The notes under the pieces: generated by a model
Database searches by the model: none
The model's input: only the letters and a program-made list of their open reading frames with translations
Told to the model about the DNA's origin: nothing
Source: an uncultured Coriobacteriaceae bacterium
GTDB taxonomy: Bacteria > Actinomycetota > Coriobacteriia > Coriobacteriales > Atopobiaceae
Length of the DNA: 64,000 bases
Direction of reading: 5' to 3'
Assembly (NCBI GenBank): GCA_902777325.1
Contig: CACYTH010000009.1
Coordinates: 24,819-88,818 of the forward strand
Program-made: the position numbers and the translations under genes
Part shown: in pieces, positions 54,800-63,602 of the stretch
Layout: each line of letters opens with the position of its first letter
How positions within the stretch are numbered: the stretch's first letter is position 1

Positions 54800-56569
54800 A
54801 TGAGCAAACAACTGCTATCGGGCAACGAGGCCATCGCGCAGGGGGCGTGGGAGGCTGGCGTTGCCGTGGGAGCTGCCTACCCGGGCACCCCGTCAACCGA
54901 GACGCTCGAGAACCTCGTGCGCAAGCCCGACGTGTACTGCGAGTGGGCACCCAACGAGAAGGTCGCCTTTGAGGTGGGCCTTGGTGCCGCCATGGGCGGC
55001 GTGCGCACGCTCGTCACCATGAAGCACGTGGGCGTCAACGTGGCTGCAGACCCCTTTATGAGCGCCGCCAACACCGGCGTCAATGCCGGTCTGGTGCTTC
55101 TCGCCGCCGACGACCCCAGCTGCTACAGCTCGCAGAACGAGCAGGACAGCCGTCACTATGCCGCCTTCGGCCGCATCCCGTGCCTCGACCCGTCCGACAG
55201 CCAAGAGGCCTACGAGATGGCCCAGCAGGCCTTTGACATCTCCGAGCAGTTTGACACCGTGGTCATGCTGCACGAGACCATGCGCATCGCTCACACAAAG
55301 ACGCTGGTCAACGTGGTTGGCGAGCGCTCCGCCATGGACCCGCGCCCCTACGAGAGCCGTCCCGAGAAGTTTGTCATGATGCCAGCCAACGCAGTTCGCC
55401 GCACGCTGGTCTGCAACGACCGCGAGGACGAGCTGGAGGCCTGGGCGGAGGAGACCCCGCTCAACCGCGTGGAGATGCGCGACACCAAGGTGGGCATCAT
55501 CTGCGCAGGCGCCCTCTACGTGCACGTGCGCGAGGCCATGCCCGATGCCTCGGTGTTCAAGCTGGGCGTCACCTGGCCGCTGCCGCCCAAGAAGCTCGCG
55601 GCGTTTGCCGCACTGTGCGACAAGGTCTACGTGGTCGAGGAGGCCAATCCCTACCTGGAGACGCGCGTTCGCGCCATGGGCATCGACGTCGCAGAGCCAC
55701 CTGCGGGCCGTCTGCCGCGCTCCGGCGAGATCACCCCGGCCCACATTCGTGCCGCCTTTGGCGTGGCCGACCCTGCGCACCTCGCGCCCGCCGAGGGCCT
55801 GCCCCCGCGTCCGCCCGCGTTCTGCGCCGGCTGCCCGCATCGTCTGGTGTACGTGGAGCTTCGTCGCATCAAGGCCATCGTGACCGGTGACATCGGCTGC
55901 TACACCCTCGGCGCCGTGGCTCCCTTCCGCGCCGTTGACTCCGTCATCGACATGGGTGCGTCCTTCTCGATGGCCCATGGCATGGAGCTGGCCGGCGCCG
56001 CCGAGCGCACCGGTCGTCCTGTGGTCGGCGTCATCGGCGACTCCACCTTTGCGCACTCTGGCATCACGAGCCTGCTGGGCACCGTCTACAATGGCGGCAA
56101 GGGCACGCTCTGCATCCTGGACAACCGCACCACGGCCATGACCGGCACCCAGGGCAACCCCGTCAACGGCGTGACCCTCACCGACCAGGCCAACCGCGTC
56201 AACCCGCTCGACGTGCCCGCCGGCAAGCAGCTTGACCTGGTCAAGCTCTGCGAGGCCATCGGTGTGGACGAGATCGAGGTCGTGGACGCGCAGAACGCCG
56301 CGGAGATCCGTCGCGCGCTCAAGGACGCCACGAGCCATACCGACATGCTCTCGGTCATCATCTTCAAGTCGCCGTGCCGCCTCATCGACCGTAGCCGCAA
56401 GCCCATGCCGGCCATCCGTGACTGCCGTCGCTGCGGCCGCTGCATCCAGATTGGCTGCCCGGCCCTTGGCCGCGACGAGACCGGCCATGCCGTGATCGAT
56501 CCCAACCAGTGCATCGGCTGCGGCCAGTGCGCACAGTCCTGCCCCTTCGGCTGCATTCAGGAGGACTAG
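54800..56569 (+). CDS. iorA: indolepyruvate ferredoxin oxidoreductase subunit alpha
   Basis: MSKQLLSGNEAIAQGAWEAGV...YPGTPSTE, TPP-binding GDIGCY...GDSTFAHSG, and a C-terminal 2x[4Fe-4S] region CRRCGRC...CIGCGQCAQSCP. Confidence 0.85.
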   Translation: MSKQLLSGNEAIAQGAWEAGVAVGAAYPGTPSTETLENLVRKPDVYCEWAPNEKVAFEVGLGAAMGGVRTLVTMKHVGVNVAADPFMSAANTGVNAGLVLLAADDPSCYSSQNEQDSRHYAAFGRIPCLDPSDSQEAYEMAQQAFDISEQFDTVVMLHETMRIAHTKTLVNVVGERSAMDPRPYESRPEKFVMMPANAVRRTLVCNDREDELEAWAEETPLNRVEMRDTKVGIICAGALYVHVREAMPDASVFKLGVTWPLPPKKLAAFAALCDKVYVVEEANPYLETRVRAMGIDVAEPPAGRLPRSGEITPAHIRAAFGVADPAHLAPAEGLPPRPPAFCAGCPHRLVYVELRRIKAIVTGDIGCYTLGAVAPFRAVDSVIDMGASFSMAHGMELAGAAERTGRPVVGVIGDSTFAHSGITSLLGTVYNGGKGTLCILDNRTTAMTGTQGNPVNGVTLTDQANRVNPLDVPAGKQLDLVKLCEAIGVDEIEVVDAQNAAEIRRALKDATSHTDMLSVIIFKSPCRLIDRSRKPMPAIRDCRRCGRCIQIGCPALGRDETGHAVIDPNQCIGCGQCAQSCPFGCIQED

Positions 56570-56571
56570 CC

Positions 56572-57207
56572 ATGCCGCATGACACTTCTACCAACTACGG
56601 CGTCGCCGAGGGCGGCGCGCGCGTGACGCTCGATGGCACCAAGACCATCCTTCTGGTTGGCGTTGGTGGCCAGGGCACCATCCTCGCAGGTCAGCTGCTT
56701 GCCATGGTGGCGGCTGACGCTGGCCTGGACGTCAAGGTCTCCGAGATCCACGGCATGAGCCAGCGCGGAGGCTCCGTCTCCACCATCGTGCGCGTGGGCG
56801 AGCAGGTGCAGTCCATGATCGCAGACCCTGGCTGCGCCGACATCGTGGTGGCCTTCGAGGCCATCGAGGCGCTGCGCGCACAGCAGTTTGTGCGCGAGGG
56901 CGGCAGTCTCTTTGTCAACGACGAGCAGATCACGCCGGTCCCGGTCAACATCGGCACCTTCAAGATGCCCGAGGGCGTCCACGAGCAGCTCGAGAAGATC
57001 GGCGCGCGTGTGATCGACGCCGGCGGCATCGCACGCGAGGTGGGCAGCCCCCGCTCCACCAACGTGGTGTTGGTCGGCGCCCTCTCCACGGCCCTGCCCT
57101 TTGAGGTCGCGGAGTGGGAGGACGCCATCCGTCGTCGCGTGCCGCCCAAGACCGTCGAAGCCAACCTCAAGGCCTTCGCTCGCGGCCGCGAGGCCGTTGG
57201 CGCATAA
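56572..57207 (+). CDS. iorB: indolepyruvate oxidoreductase subunit beta
   Basis: 211 aa from ATG 56572, 2 nt after the iorA stop. Motifs VGVGGQGTILAG and SEIHGMSQRGGSV. Confidence 0.8.
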   Translation: MPHDTSTNYGVAEGGARVTLDGTKTILLVGVGGQGTILAGQLLAMVAADAGLDVKVSEIHGMSQRGGSVSTIVRVGEQVQSMIADPGCADIVVAFEAIEALRAQQFVREGGSLFVNDEQITPVPVNIGTFKMPEGVHEQLEKIGARVIDAGGIAREVGSPRSTNVVLVGALSTALPFEVAEWEDAIRRRVPPKTVEANLKAFARGREAVGA

Positions 57208-57236
57208 CGCCCCGCGCATATAGACCCGAATCACGT

Positions 57237-57274
57237 CGCCGGGCAGCTTGTTGCGAGCAAGCTGCCCGGCGTTT
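57237..57274 (+). terminator. rho-independent terminator after iorB
   Basis: CGCCGGGCAGCTTG-ttgcgag-CAAGCTGCCCGGCG followed by TTT. Confidence 0.65.
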
Positions 57275-57319
57275 ACGATGTTCCTTACCATGTTTATCCG
57301 AGAGATAAAGGAGACAGGC

Positions 57320-57766
57320 ATGACGCAGCAGGCACAGCATGAGGAGCTCACGGAGGAGCTGTTGCAGCGTCTGCTGGCGAGCGCGTCGCCCGAGGCCTAC
57401 CTCGAGCAGGCCACGACCGACGACCGCTCCCTCGCCGACTATCTTCTCGACCTCATCGATGCGCGCAACATGACGCGCGCGGACGTGGTTCGTGCCTCCG
57501 CGGTCAACTCCACCTTTGTCTACCAGGTGTTCAACGGCGAGCGCCACGTGGGACGTGACAACGCCATCAAGCTGGCCCTAGGCATCGGCTGCACCTTGCG
57601 GGAGACCCAGCGGCTCTTGCGCCACGCCGGCGTGTCGGAGCTCTGGTGCAAGAACCGCCGAGACGCCATCATCATCTTCTGCATCGAGCAGGGCTACACA
57701 CTCCCCGAGTGCGACGACGAGCTCTATCGCCTGGGCGAGGACACGCTCGTGCCGCAGGAGGGCTAG
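57320..57766 (+). CDS. small HTH-type protein, paralog 1
   Basis: 148 aa from ATG 57320 (AAAGGAG RBS). Shares the pattern N.TF.YQ...G.RH..RD..I.LA.G...ET..LL...G...L...NRRD.I..FC...G.....CDD.L..LGE.T with 59156-59587. Confidence 0.7.
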   Translation: MTQQAQHEELTEELLQRLLASASPEAYLEQATTDDRSLADYLLDLIDARNMTRADVVRASAVNSTFVYQVFNGERHVGRDNAIKLALGIGCTLRETQRLLRHAGVSELWCKNRRDAIIIFCIEQGYTLPECDDELYRLGEDTLVPQEG

Positions 57767-57768
57767 GC

Positions 57769-58983
57769 ATGGACGACGGCCAGACACTGCGCTCCATGGT
57801 GCGCGACGACGCCTATCGCGTCGTGCGCGTGCTGGGCGACGGTCCGTCTGGCCGCACGGAGCTGGTCACCTTCAACGGCGAGGGGCTGCTCGTGCGCAAG
57901 CACATTCCTGCGACCCTGGCCAACGCGGCCGCGTGGGCTGCGGCCATGGAGATCGACGAGCCGCTGCTGCCGCGCATCGAGGAGCTCTACCGCATGCCAG
58001 ACGAGCTCGTCGTGATATACGACTACGTTGAGGGCGAGGCGCTGAGCGCGGTGGTCGAGCAAGAGGGAAGGCTCGAGGCGTCGCGTGCGGCGGATGTGAT
58101 TACAGACGTGTGCCGCGCCGTGGGCGCCTTGCACGAGAGCGGCGTGGTGCATCGCGACATCACGCCGGGCAATGTGATTCTGGCTGCGGATGGCGCGCAT
58201 CTCGTTGACCTGGGGATAGCCCGGCAGCAGCATCCCGGCCAGCGACGCGACACGACTACGCTGGGCACTTGGGGCTTTGCGGCGCCAGAGCAGTATGGGT
58301 TCAAGCAGACCGACGCGCGCTCCGACGTGTATGCGATCGGGCGCCTGCTGGGCTACGCGCTGACGGGGGAGCGGCCTGACGCGGAGGCATATGAGGAGAA
58401 GCTCTCTGACCGCGCGCTGGTGCCCGAGGCGCTCTGTGAGGTGGTGCAGAAGGCGACCTCCTTCGAGCCAAGCGCACGCTACCAAAGTGCAGAAGAGCTC
58501 TCGCAAGCCGTTGCAAAGGTGTCTGCAGAAGAGCTCTCGCAAGCCGTTGCAAAGGTGCCTGTGGGAAGAAGGCCGGTGCCCGCGTCTGTGCGTGTGTTTG
58601 ACCTGGAGGCGGAGGCGCAGTCGCAGGAAGAGCCGCGACACGCGCCGCGCGCCTTCAGGGAGGCGCCGCTGTACGTGCGGGCCTTTGCCGCGCTGGCCTG
58701 GATCGCGCTGGCGGTGCTCTTTGCGGTGGTGCTGGCCGCTGCGGTGTCGTATTTTGTGACGCGCGATCCCATTTGGGAGGCCGAGCACTACACCATGGCC
58801 GTGGTTCTGGATGCAGGCATCGCGTACATGTGCCTGGAGATATACAACGCGGTGCGACTACGGGGCACCTATGCGACGGAGTCTCACCCCGCTCGGCTCT
58901 TCATTACAAGATTATGTATATATTCGCTAATTATATTTATACTTATGATGGCAGCGAGTTTAGTTGTTGCCTATGCGAAGTAA
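57769..58983 (+). CDS. Hanks-type Ser/Thr protein kinase-like protein with C-terminal TM segments (atypical catalytic loop)
   Basis: 404 aa. ATG 57769 lies 2 nt after the upstream stop. Motifs: LGDGPSGRT (G-loop), LVRKH (VAIK-like Lys), HRDITPGNVIL (Thr where the HRDxK Lys is expected), DLG, GTWGFAAPE. Hydrophobic C-terminus. Confidence 0.8.
   Translation: MDDGQTLRSMVRDDAYRVVRVLGDGPSGRTELVTFNGEGLLVRKHIPATLANAAAWAAAMEIDEPLLPRIEELYRMPDELVVIYDYVEGEALSAVVEQEGRLEASRAADVITDVCRAVGALHESGVVHRDITPGNVILAADGAHLVDLGIARQQHPGQRRDTTTLGTWGFAAPEQYGFKQTDARSDVYAIGRLLGYALTGERPDAEAYEEKLSDRALVPEALCEVVQKATSFEPSARYQSAEELSQAVAKVSAEELSQAVAKVPVGRRPVPASVRVFDLEAEAQSQEEPRHAPRAFREAPLYVRAFAALAWIALAVLFAVVLAAAVSYFVTRDPIWEAEHYTMAVVLDAGIAYMCLEIYNAVRLRGTYATESHPARLFITRLCIYSLIIFILMMAASLVVAYAK
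58488..58559 (+). repeat. 36-bp tandem duplication inside the kinase gene
   Basis: tgcagaagagctctcgcaagccgttgcaaaggtg(tc/cc) occurs twice back to back with 1 mismatch. It encodes SAEELSQAVAKV twice. Confidence 0.9.
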
Positions 58984-59155
58984 CAGAAGCGGCTAAAAAT
59001 ACCAAGGTCGCAACCGTAGTAACGAGGTACTGTGCACATTTGTAACATATAAACTCAAAAACTTATGTATTGGATATGAATATCAGTCATTTAGCACGGA
59101 GCTAATGAATATCCGCTGCTAACCGTCCATCATCACTCCTATCAAGGAGGTTGCA

Positions 59156-59587
59156 TTGAGCGACAGATGGCAGATAGTACAAAAGGCTGGCGATACCCTA
59201 CAGGACGTGCTCGCAGCGGCAGAGCTCGACGACCGCTCTTTTTCCGAGTGGATCGGTGACGAGCTGGCACGTCGTGGCATGAAGAAGAACATCGTCGTGC
59301 GGCGTTCGCGCCTCAACCAGACCTTTGCTTACCAGATCATGGCCGGCATGCGCCATCCCTCGCGCGACAAGCTCATCCAGCTTGCCTTTGGCATGCGTCT
59401 TAACGAGACCGAGGCTTGCGAGCTGCTTGAGCGTGGCGGATCGGCGGCTCTTCTCCCGCACAACCGCCGTGACGTCATCGTCGCTTTCTGCCTTAACCAC
59501 GGCATGGAGATCTCCGCGTGCGACGACCTGCTGTGGAACCTCGGCGAGGAGACCTTTACCGGCAGGGCCGGCGAGCGCCGCCTCTAG
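59156..59587 (+). CDS. small HTH-type protein, paralog 2
   Basis: 143 aa. TTG start after AAGGAGG at 59144-59150. Alignable along most of its length to 57320-57766. Confidence 0.65.
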   Translation: MSDRWQIVQKAGDTLQDVLAAAELDDRSFSEWIGDELARRGMKKNIVVRRSRLNQTFAYQIMAGMRHPSRDKLIQLAFGMRLNETEACELLERGGSAALLPHNRRDVIVAFCLNHGMEISACDDLLWNLGEETFTGRAGERRL

Positions 59588-59701
59588 GCGCAGCCCCACT
59601 CGCAAAAACTCAACTGACAGCTGAGGTAGCCTTCGCGCTCCTCCTTTAGCATCGAGCCACCGTTCACTAGCTGTGGAAACCGGCTCATCAAGGAGGAATG
59701 T

Positions 59702-60298
59702 ATGAAGAAGATCCTCGATCTGATCAAGAAAATTGCCATCGTGCTCGTGGTGCTCGTGGTGATTGGCGCGATCTTTGGCCGCGGCGGCGACAACGACTCG
59801 TCGAGCTCGTCTGGGTCCGAGGGCGAGGCCGCCGTCGAGCAGGAGGCTGAGGAGAGCGCTGCCGAAGCCGAGGCCGAGGCTGAGGCTGATGCTAATGCTG
59901 AGTCCGAGCCCGAGGCGACGGCCGACGAAGGGCCGGCCATGGCTGAGAACTCGGACTACAAGGTGACCATCAACGGCTACAACATCGTCGAAGACTACGA
60001 CGGCGCGCCGTGCATCGCGGTGGACTTCACGTTCACGAACGTGTCGGACGACACGCCGACCTCGATGATGCTGGCAACGGACATCACGGTGTATCAGGAT
60101 GGTGTCGAGTGCGAGGATGCCTACTTCTCCGGCGAGAACAGCGATGGCTTCTCGAACAAGGTCAAGGCGGGCGTATCGGTGGACGTCACCCGTACCTACA
60201 AGCTGCAGAACACCACCTCGGACGTCGAGGTCGAGGTCGGGCAGCTGTCCTTCTGGAGTGACGGCATGCTTGCCTACGAGGTGTTCCAGCTTTCGTAA
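59702..60298 (+). CDS. secreted/membrane-anchored DUF4352/DUF5067-like protein
   Basis: N-terminal TM/signal segment KKIAIVLVVLVVIGAIF, an acidic S/E/A linker, then a beta-rich domain YKVTINGYNIVEDYDGAPCIAVDFTFTNVSDD...VYQDGVE. AAGGAGG RBS. Confidence 0.6.
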   Translation: MKKILDLIKKIAIVLVVLVVIGAIFGRGGDNDSSSSSGSEGEAAVEQEAEESAAEAEAEAEADANAESEPEATADEGPAMAENSDYKVTINGYNIVEDYDGAPCIAVDFTFTNVSDDTPTSMMLATDITVYQDGVECEDAYFSGENSDGFSNKVKAGVSVDVTRTYKLQNTTSDVEVEVGQLSFWSDGMLAYEVFQLS

Positions 60299-60323
60299 AT
60301 GCCGTAGCTGCTCTTTGAGGCCG

Positions 60324-60923
60324 CTACACCAGCTTCACGCCGAGCAGCCCCACCAGATCCGGCGCCTGGTCGATGCCGACACGCGCATCGCGCAGCTCAA
60401 AGAAGGTGTCGGACACACGTAGTGCCTGAATAGTGCATGTGGAGAGGTCTATGCCGCGCAGTCGCGTGCCATAGACCTCTGTGCGTGTGAGGTCGCAGCC
60501 CTCGAGCATCACCCGCTTGAGGCGAAGCTGCGCAAGGGAGGCCTCGTGCAGGTCGCAGTCTGCAAAGCGCACCTGCTCGAGCTTGCTCTCCGTCAGGTTG
60601 AGGTAGGAGGCCACGCAGTCGCGCAGGGTGTCCCGCACAAAGCAGCTTTGGTGCAGGTCGCACCCCACCAGCCGCGACTCGTCGATGCGGCAGCCGCGCC
60701 AGTAGCTGGTGGCCATGCGTGCGTTGGAGAAGTCGCAGCTCGCAAAGGTGCAGCGGTCAAAGACGATGCGCGCGACATGCAGATCGGCAAACGAGCAGCT
60801 CTCAAAGCTGCAGTCCTCAAACTCCACGTGGCCAAGGTTGGCTTCGGAGAAATCCTCCCCAAAGAAGGACTGCTCGCATATCTCGCCGTCGCTTGCGTCA
60901 ACGACGTCCCAGAGCGTAGCCAT
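60324..60923 (-). CDS. pentapeptide repeat protein (Qnr/MfpA-size class)
   Basis: 199 aa almost entirely of A(D/N)LXX-type pentads: ANLGHVEFEDCSFESCSFADLHVARIVFDRCTFASCDFSNARM... Confidence 0.8.
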   Translation of the reverse strand: MATLWDVVDASDGEICEQSFFGEDFSEANLGHVEFEDCSFESCSFADLHVARIVFDRCTFASCDFSNARMATSYWRGCRIDESRLVGCDLHQSCFVRDTLRDCVASYLNLTESKLEQVRFADCDLHEASLAQLRLKRVMLEGCDLTRTEVYGTRLRGIDLSTCTIQALRVSDTFFELRDARVGIDQAPDLVGLLGVKLV

Positions 60924-60934
60924 GGGGCCTCCTT

Positions 60935-61477
60935 CTAGCCTTCGAGCAGGACGTGCGAGAAGCGCCCGTCCTCGTAGAGGCCGTAGCTGTGCGTGCCGTC
61001 CTTGGGGATGCCCACGCTTCCAGGGTTAAAGAGCCAGATGCCCTGCGGCCGCTCCTCGCTTACCTTGATGTGCGTGTGGCCATACACCAGGGCGTCGCCG
61101 GCGCGGAGTGTGGGCAGGTGGTCGATGCTGTTGTGCTTGCCGGCTCCGTACACGTGGCCATGGGTAAAGAAGAGGTCACGCCCCGTTGCAGGGTCGGCCA
61201 TAAGGGCGTAGTCGCCCATGCAGGGGAAGTCGAGCACCATCTGGTCGACCTCGGCCTCGCAGTTGCCGCGCACGGCCAGCACCTTGTCGGCAATGCCGTT
61301 GAGCATGCAAATTACCTGCTTGGGGGCATAGTCCTCCGGCAGGTCGTTGCGCGGGCCATGGTAGAGCAGGTCTCCCAGCAGCACCACGCGGTCGGGCTGG
61401 TGGGTATCGATGGCCTCCATCAGGCGTGCGCACCAGGTGGCGGCGCCGTGGATGTCCGATGCAATGAGCAGCCTCAT
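60935..61477 (-). CDS. YfcE-like metallophosphoesterase (MJ0936 family)
   Basis: 180 aa: MRLLIASDIHG...LLGDLLYHGPRN...RGNCE...THGH...YGHTH. Only this 3' part of the 803-aa track ORF 60935-63346 is credible. Confidence 0.8.
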   Translation of the reverse strand: MRLLIASDIHGAATWCARLMEAIDTHQPDRVVLLGDLLYHGPRNDLPEDYAPKQVICMLNGIADKVLAVRGNCEAEVDQMVLDFPCMGDYALMADPATGRDLFFTHGHVYGAGKHNSIDHLPTLRAGDALVYGHTHIKVSEERPQGIWLFNPGSVGIPKDGTHSYGLYEDGRFSHVLLEG

Positions 61478-61711
61478 GGAGGTCTCCCTTCGTCGCGCGC
61501 GTCTCATATATGAGTATGACGCTTCCCGCAAAGAGGGTGTGCTGCGAGCCCGAAGGCATCTCACGCGCCTTATATGTGAAGAAGCAAAAAATCTCATGCA
61601 AACACACTTAGATAATGTATACGATTCAAACGCACGGGGAACAAATACCTCTGACAAACAAGGAACCAACTCCGGGGGCAACGCCCAGAGTCTCAAACGA
61701 AAGGAACGACA

Positions 61712-63485
61712 ATGGCTAAGATCCTTGGTATCGACCTTGGCACGACCAACTCCGCTATGGCGGTTCTCGAGGGTGGCGAGCCCACGATCATCGTGAACGC
61801 CGAGGGCGACCGCACCACCCCGTCCGTCGTCGGCTTCCGCGCTGACGGCGACCGCATCGTCGGCAAGGCTGCAAAGAACCAGGCAGTCACCAACCCCACC
61901 AACACCGTCTTCTCCATCAAGCGCTTTATGGGCCGTCGCTATGACGAGGTCAGCTCCGAGCTCAAGACCGTCCCGTACAAGGTCAAGAGCGGCACCGGCA
62001 ACCGCGCCGTCGTCGAGATCGACGGCGAGGACTTCACCCCCGAGCAGATCAGCGCCATGGTCCTCTCCAAGATGAAGGCCGACGCCGAGAAGTACCTGGG
62101 CGAGACCGTCACCGACGCCGTCATGGCCACCAAGGACGCCGGCAAGATCGCTGGCCTCAACGTGCAGCGCATCGTCAACGAGCCGACCGCAGCCGCTCTG
62201 GCCTACGGCCTGGACAAGAAGGGCATCGACCAGAAGGTCCTCGTCTTCGACCTGGGTGGCGGCACCTTTGACGTCTCCCTGCTCGACCTCGCCGACGGCG
62301 TCGTCGAGGTTCTGGCCACCAACGGCGACAACCACCTCGGTGGCGACGACTGGGACCAGAAGGTCATCGACTGGCTGGCCGACAAGTTCAAGGCTGACAA
62401 CGGCATCGACCTGCGCAACGACCCGATGGCCTTGCAGCGCCTCAAGGAGGCTGCCGAGAACGCCAAGAAGGAGCTGTCCAGCGCCAAGCAGGCCAGCATC
62501 AACCTGCCGTTCATCACCATGGACGCCTCTGGCCCCAAGCACCTCGACTACACGCTGACCCGCTCCGAGTTCGAGCGCATCACCCGCGACCTGCTCGACC
62601 GTTGCAAGGCACCTGTCACCAACGCCCTGCGCGACGCTGGTATGCAGATCAGCGAGGTCGATGAGGTCATCCTCGTCGGCGGCTCCAGCCGTATGCCCGC
62701 CGTCCAGGAGCTCGTCAAGACCATCACCGGCAAGCAGCCCAACATGTCCGTGAACCCCGACGAGGTCGTGGCTGACGGTGCGGCCGTCCAGGGCGGCGTC
62801 CTCACCGGCGACGTCGAGGGCATCCTGCTGCTCGACGTGACCCCGCTGTCCCTCGGCGTGGAGACCATGGGCGGCATCATGACCAAGATGATCGACCGCA
62901 ACACCACCATCCCCACGTCCAAGACCGAGATCTACTCCACGGCGGCCGACAACCAGACCTCCGTCGAGATCAACGTCCTGCAGGGCGAGCGCGAGATGGC
63001 TCGCGACAACAAGTCGCTCGGTAAGTTCAACCTGACCGGCATCCCTGCCGCCCGCCGCGGCGTGCCGCAGATTGAGGTTACCTTCGACATCGACGCCAAC
63101 GGCATTGTCAAGGTCACGGCCAAGGACAAGGGCACCGGCAAGCAGCAGCAGATCACCATCTCCGGCTCCACCGCCCTGTCTGACGACGAAGTCGATCGCA
63201 TGGTCAAGGACGCCGAGGCTCACGCCGAGGAGGACAAGGCCAAGAAGGACGAGATCGAGGTCCGCAACCAGACCGACGGCTGACGTCGAGGCCGCCATCG
63301 AGGAGGCCAAGAAGGCCCTGGACGGCACCGATGTCGAGGCCATCAAGGCCGCTGGCGAGAAGCTCCAGCAGGCTGGCTACAAGCTCGCCGAGATCGTCTA
63401 CTCCGACCAGCAGGGCCAGGCTCCCCAGGGCGGTCAGCCCGGCGGCGATGACGTGGTCGATGCCGACTACGAGGTTGTCGACTAG
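61712..63485 (+). pseudogene. dnaK: dnaK (Hsp70) with an in-frame internal loss and a frameshifting loss (or assembly errors)
   Basis: [14 protein letters not shown]...DLGGGTFD...VGGSSRMP...[11 protein letters not shown] are all DnaK. Two defects are visible. [10 protein letters not shown] replaces [22 protein letters not shown] near 62123. The frame stops at TGA 63281-63283, and the C-terminal lid/tail ([14 protein letters not shown]...DADYEVVD) continues in another frame to 63485. Confidence 0.8.
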
Positions 63486-63602
63486 CGTCCTCGCGCAGCA
63501 GTGACGTGTTAACCGTGGCGGGAGCGGGCATGGATTCCGCTCCCGCCATACTGGCAAAAGCACCCGGGGCCGAGTGGCCCGAGCGATAGTTGGGAGAGTG
63601 AC

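Noticed and set aside
54893-56488. 531-aa minus-strand ORF (and 53554-54594, 51629-52591, 42538-43677, 57763-58788, 50025-51419, 45045-45695, 46011-47042 likewise)
   Set aside because: All are antisense to genes with strong family signatures (iorA, acyl-CoA ligase, metA, purD/NUDIX, kinase, DEAD-box helicase, pdxK, lemA). They have shadow-ORF composition.
61478-63346. Upstream 620 codons of the 803-aa minus-strand ORF 60935-63346
   Set aside because: Only the last 180 codons (60935-61477) form the YfcE-like phosphoesterase, which has its own ATG and RBS. The remainder is antisense to dnaK.
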